From: Mustelus asterias
Taxonomy: Eukaryota
Direction of reading: 5' to 3'
DNA length: 64,000 bases
Assembly: GCF_964213995.1 (NCBI RefSeq)
Contig: NC_135830.1
Span: 12,772,001 to 12,836,000, forward strand
Below the pieces are notes generated by a model that saw only the letters and a list, made by a program, of their open reading frames with translations, did not search any database and was not told where the DNA came from. The stretch's first letter is position 1. Each line of letters opens with the position of its first letter. The translations under genes were made by a program, and so were the position numbers. Shown piece after piece: positions 61,779-64,000 of this stretch.

Positions 61779-62864
61779 CGCCGCCAATCGGCCTGACTAC
61801 AATGTTCAACTCCACTGTGTTGCTGCAGGTTCTCGCGGTTAGATTGAGGGCCCATGTCACTCAATACAAGAACATATCCGTTACTTTGAACCTGACGTCT
61901 CAACTTATCTTGTACTTCAAAATTAAAAAGCGATCGTCCGGCAAATGTCTAAGGGAGCAATGATTTCTGCTCAATCATTAATGCAGCATTCTCATCTTCC
62001 GTCCAATAATTTCAACCGTTTATATCCAGTATTGGTTCGTTATTCAACATTTAATATCAATACATGTATTTAACCAAATGCCCGCATTCTGAATTGAATA
62101 TCTCTGAAATATAAAATATTGAATTGCAAACATGACTGGCCATCAAAATAAATCGATTCACTGTGTAATACACATCCTATGGTACTGATTTGAGAATGGC
62201 CATATTTTTTATAGAAATCAAATATCTTCCAAGGGAAGAGATTTATGAATGTTCTGTTATTTATACTTGATCCTTCTTTATTCTGTTTGTCAAACATTGT
62301 GGCATCTAAATCTCGTTCATCTGCAGGAAGTCCAGCAGGTCCGCACTGATTCGCGATTTCCTCATCTGCCTGAGTGCTTGTTTCCTATTTCTTTATCATG
62401 AAGAACAATTTTAAAAATGATGCTTCGAAGAAATGTGCGCCATTACCTCTAATTCAATTGCAGCTTCACTTCTGTTTGCCTTCATGAGGAGGCAATACTA
62501 TCAGACATGTTTCAGATGGTGATTAGATATGTTAGTCTGCATCCATAAACCCATTAAATTCTGTTGTGGGCTGAACGAGGAGCGAATATGTATGCAAACC
62601 ATACAAACATTTATTTGCTGCCATAGCGTCCTAAAATACAGCATTTCTGATTTTCCTCAAAGCATTTGAGTTGGTGTAACCTCGAGGTTCGCTGAATGTT
62701 GAATCATGCAGAAACCAAAAGAGAAAATGCTGGAAAGTCTCAGCAGGTCTGGCAGCATCTGTAAGGAGACAAAAGAGCTGACGTTTCGAGTCCAGTTGAC
62801 TCCTTGTCAAATCTTTATTAAATCATGCAGACTTCGCCAAAGCTTAACGAGAAGGATCCAAAAG

Positions 62865-62937
62865 TGCTTGCGCCCTGTTTCAAACCGGGGTCTTTCCGCG
62901 TGTGAGGCGAATGTAATAACCACGACACTACAGAAAC
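62865..62937 (-). pseudogene. tRNA-Val(CAC), full length, probable pseudogene
   Basis: Reverse complement GTTTCTGTAGTGTCGTGGTTATTACATTCGCCTCACACGCGGAAAGACCCCGGTTTGAAACAGGGCGCAAGCA; box B and the stems have mismatches. Confidence 0.8.
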
Positions 62938-63205
62938 TGACAGCACCCTGCAGCTAATCGGCCTGTCGGCAATGTTCAACCGCGCTGTGTTGCTGCAGGG
63001 TCCAATGGTTCGACTGAGAGCCCACGTTACTTAATTCAAGAAGAAAGCTGTCTCTTTCAACCTAATTTCTCAACTTAGCTTGATCTTCAAAATGTAAAAG
63101 TGTTCGTCTGGCAAATTTCTAAAAGGGCAATGATTTCTGCTGATTCATGAATGCATCATTCTCATCTTCCTTCGAATAATCTCAACCAATTGTACTCATT
63201 ATTTC

Positions 63206-64000
63206 GAACATAGAGCACAGAACATAGAAAAGCTACAGCACAAACAGGCCCTTCGGCCCACAAGTTGCACCGACATGTCCCTACCTAATAGGCTTACCTA
63301 TAACCCTATATCTTACTAACTTCCATGAGCTTATCCAAAAGTCTCTTAAAAGACCCTATCGAATCCGCCTCCACCACCACTACCGGCAGCCGATTCCACG
63401 CACCCACCACCCTCTGAACGAAAAACTTACCCCTAACATCTCCTCTGTACCTACTCCCCAGCACCCTAAACCTGTGACCTCTTGTGGTAACCATTACAGA
63501 CCTGGGTGAAAGCCTCTGAGAATCCACTCTATCAATACCCCTCAACATCTTATACATCTCTATCAGATCACCCCTTATCCTTCGCCTCTCCAAGCAGAAA
63601 ATACCTAGCTCTCTCAACCTATCCCCATAAGGCATACCACCTAATCCAGGCAACATCCTTGTAAATCACCTCTGCACCCTTTCTATGGCTTCCACATCCT
63701 TTCTGTAATGAGGCGACCAGAACTTGGCACAGTACTCCAGGTGGGGTCTGACCAGGGACCGATACACCTGCAGCATTATCTCCCGATTTCTAAACTCAAT
63801 TCCTCTATTGATGAAGGCCAGTATTCCATACGCCTTCTTAACCACAGCCTCCACCTGCGACGCTGCTTTGACCGTCCTATGAACCCGGAGCCCAAGGTCC
63901 TTCTGATCTTCCACACTGCCAAGCGTCCTACCCTTAATATTATATTCTTTCATCCTATTCGACCTGTCAAAATGACCCACCACACACTTATCTGGGTTGA
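63206..64000 (-). mobile_element. CR1 3' portion running off the window end
   Basis: ORFs 63666-63983 and 63306-63656. Confidence 0.92.

Overview
Eukaryotic (vertebrate) genomic DNA, most likely from a shark or other elasmobranch, judged from the repeat families (CR1/HER1-type LINEs, tRNA-derived V-domain SINEs, Penelope-derived palindromes). The window is part of an antigen-receptor V-segment array, best read as the T-cell receptor alpha/delta locus. It holds six V exons that each end in a heptamer/22-23 bp spacer/nonamer RSS (four on +, two on -), plus three truncated or decayed V relics. I saw no D, J or C segments. Only the V at 24340-24879 is intact from leader to RSS. Roughly 18-63 kb is interleaved with more than 20 tRNA genes and pseudogenes (Leu, Gln, Glu, Val, Asn, Lys, Arg and intron-containing Pro). 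Only two Leu-AAG genes, and perhaps one Gln-CTG gene, look functional. Most long ORFs are LINE reverse-transcriptase fragments. The most notable observations are: (1) a tRNA cluster embedded in a V array and bracketed by an inverted segmental duplication; (2) two inverted V segments resembling mammalian TRDV3; (3) a V leader exon with its splice donor amplified into a 10x45-bp minisatellite; (4) a family of tRNA-Pro(TGG) genes with a canonical 37/38 intron; (5) Penelope-type minimal hammerhead motifs, including a U3-A8 core variant. All family assignments come from reading the sequence and from recalled consensus sequences; no searches were run.
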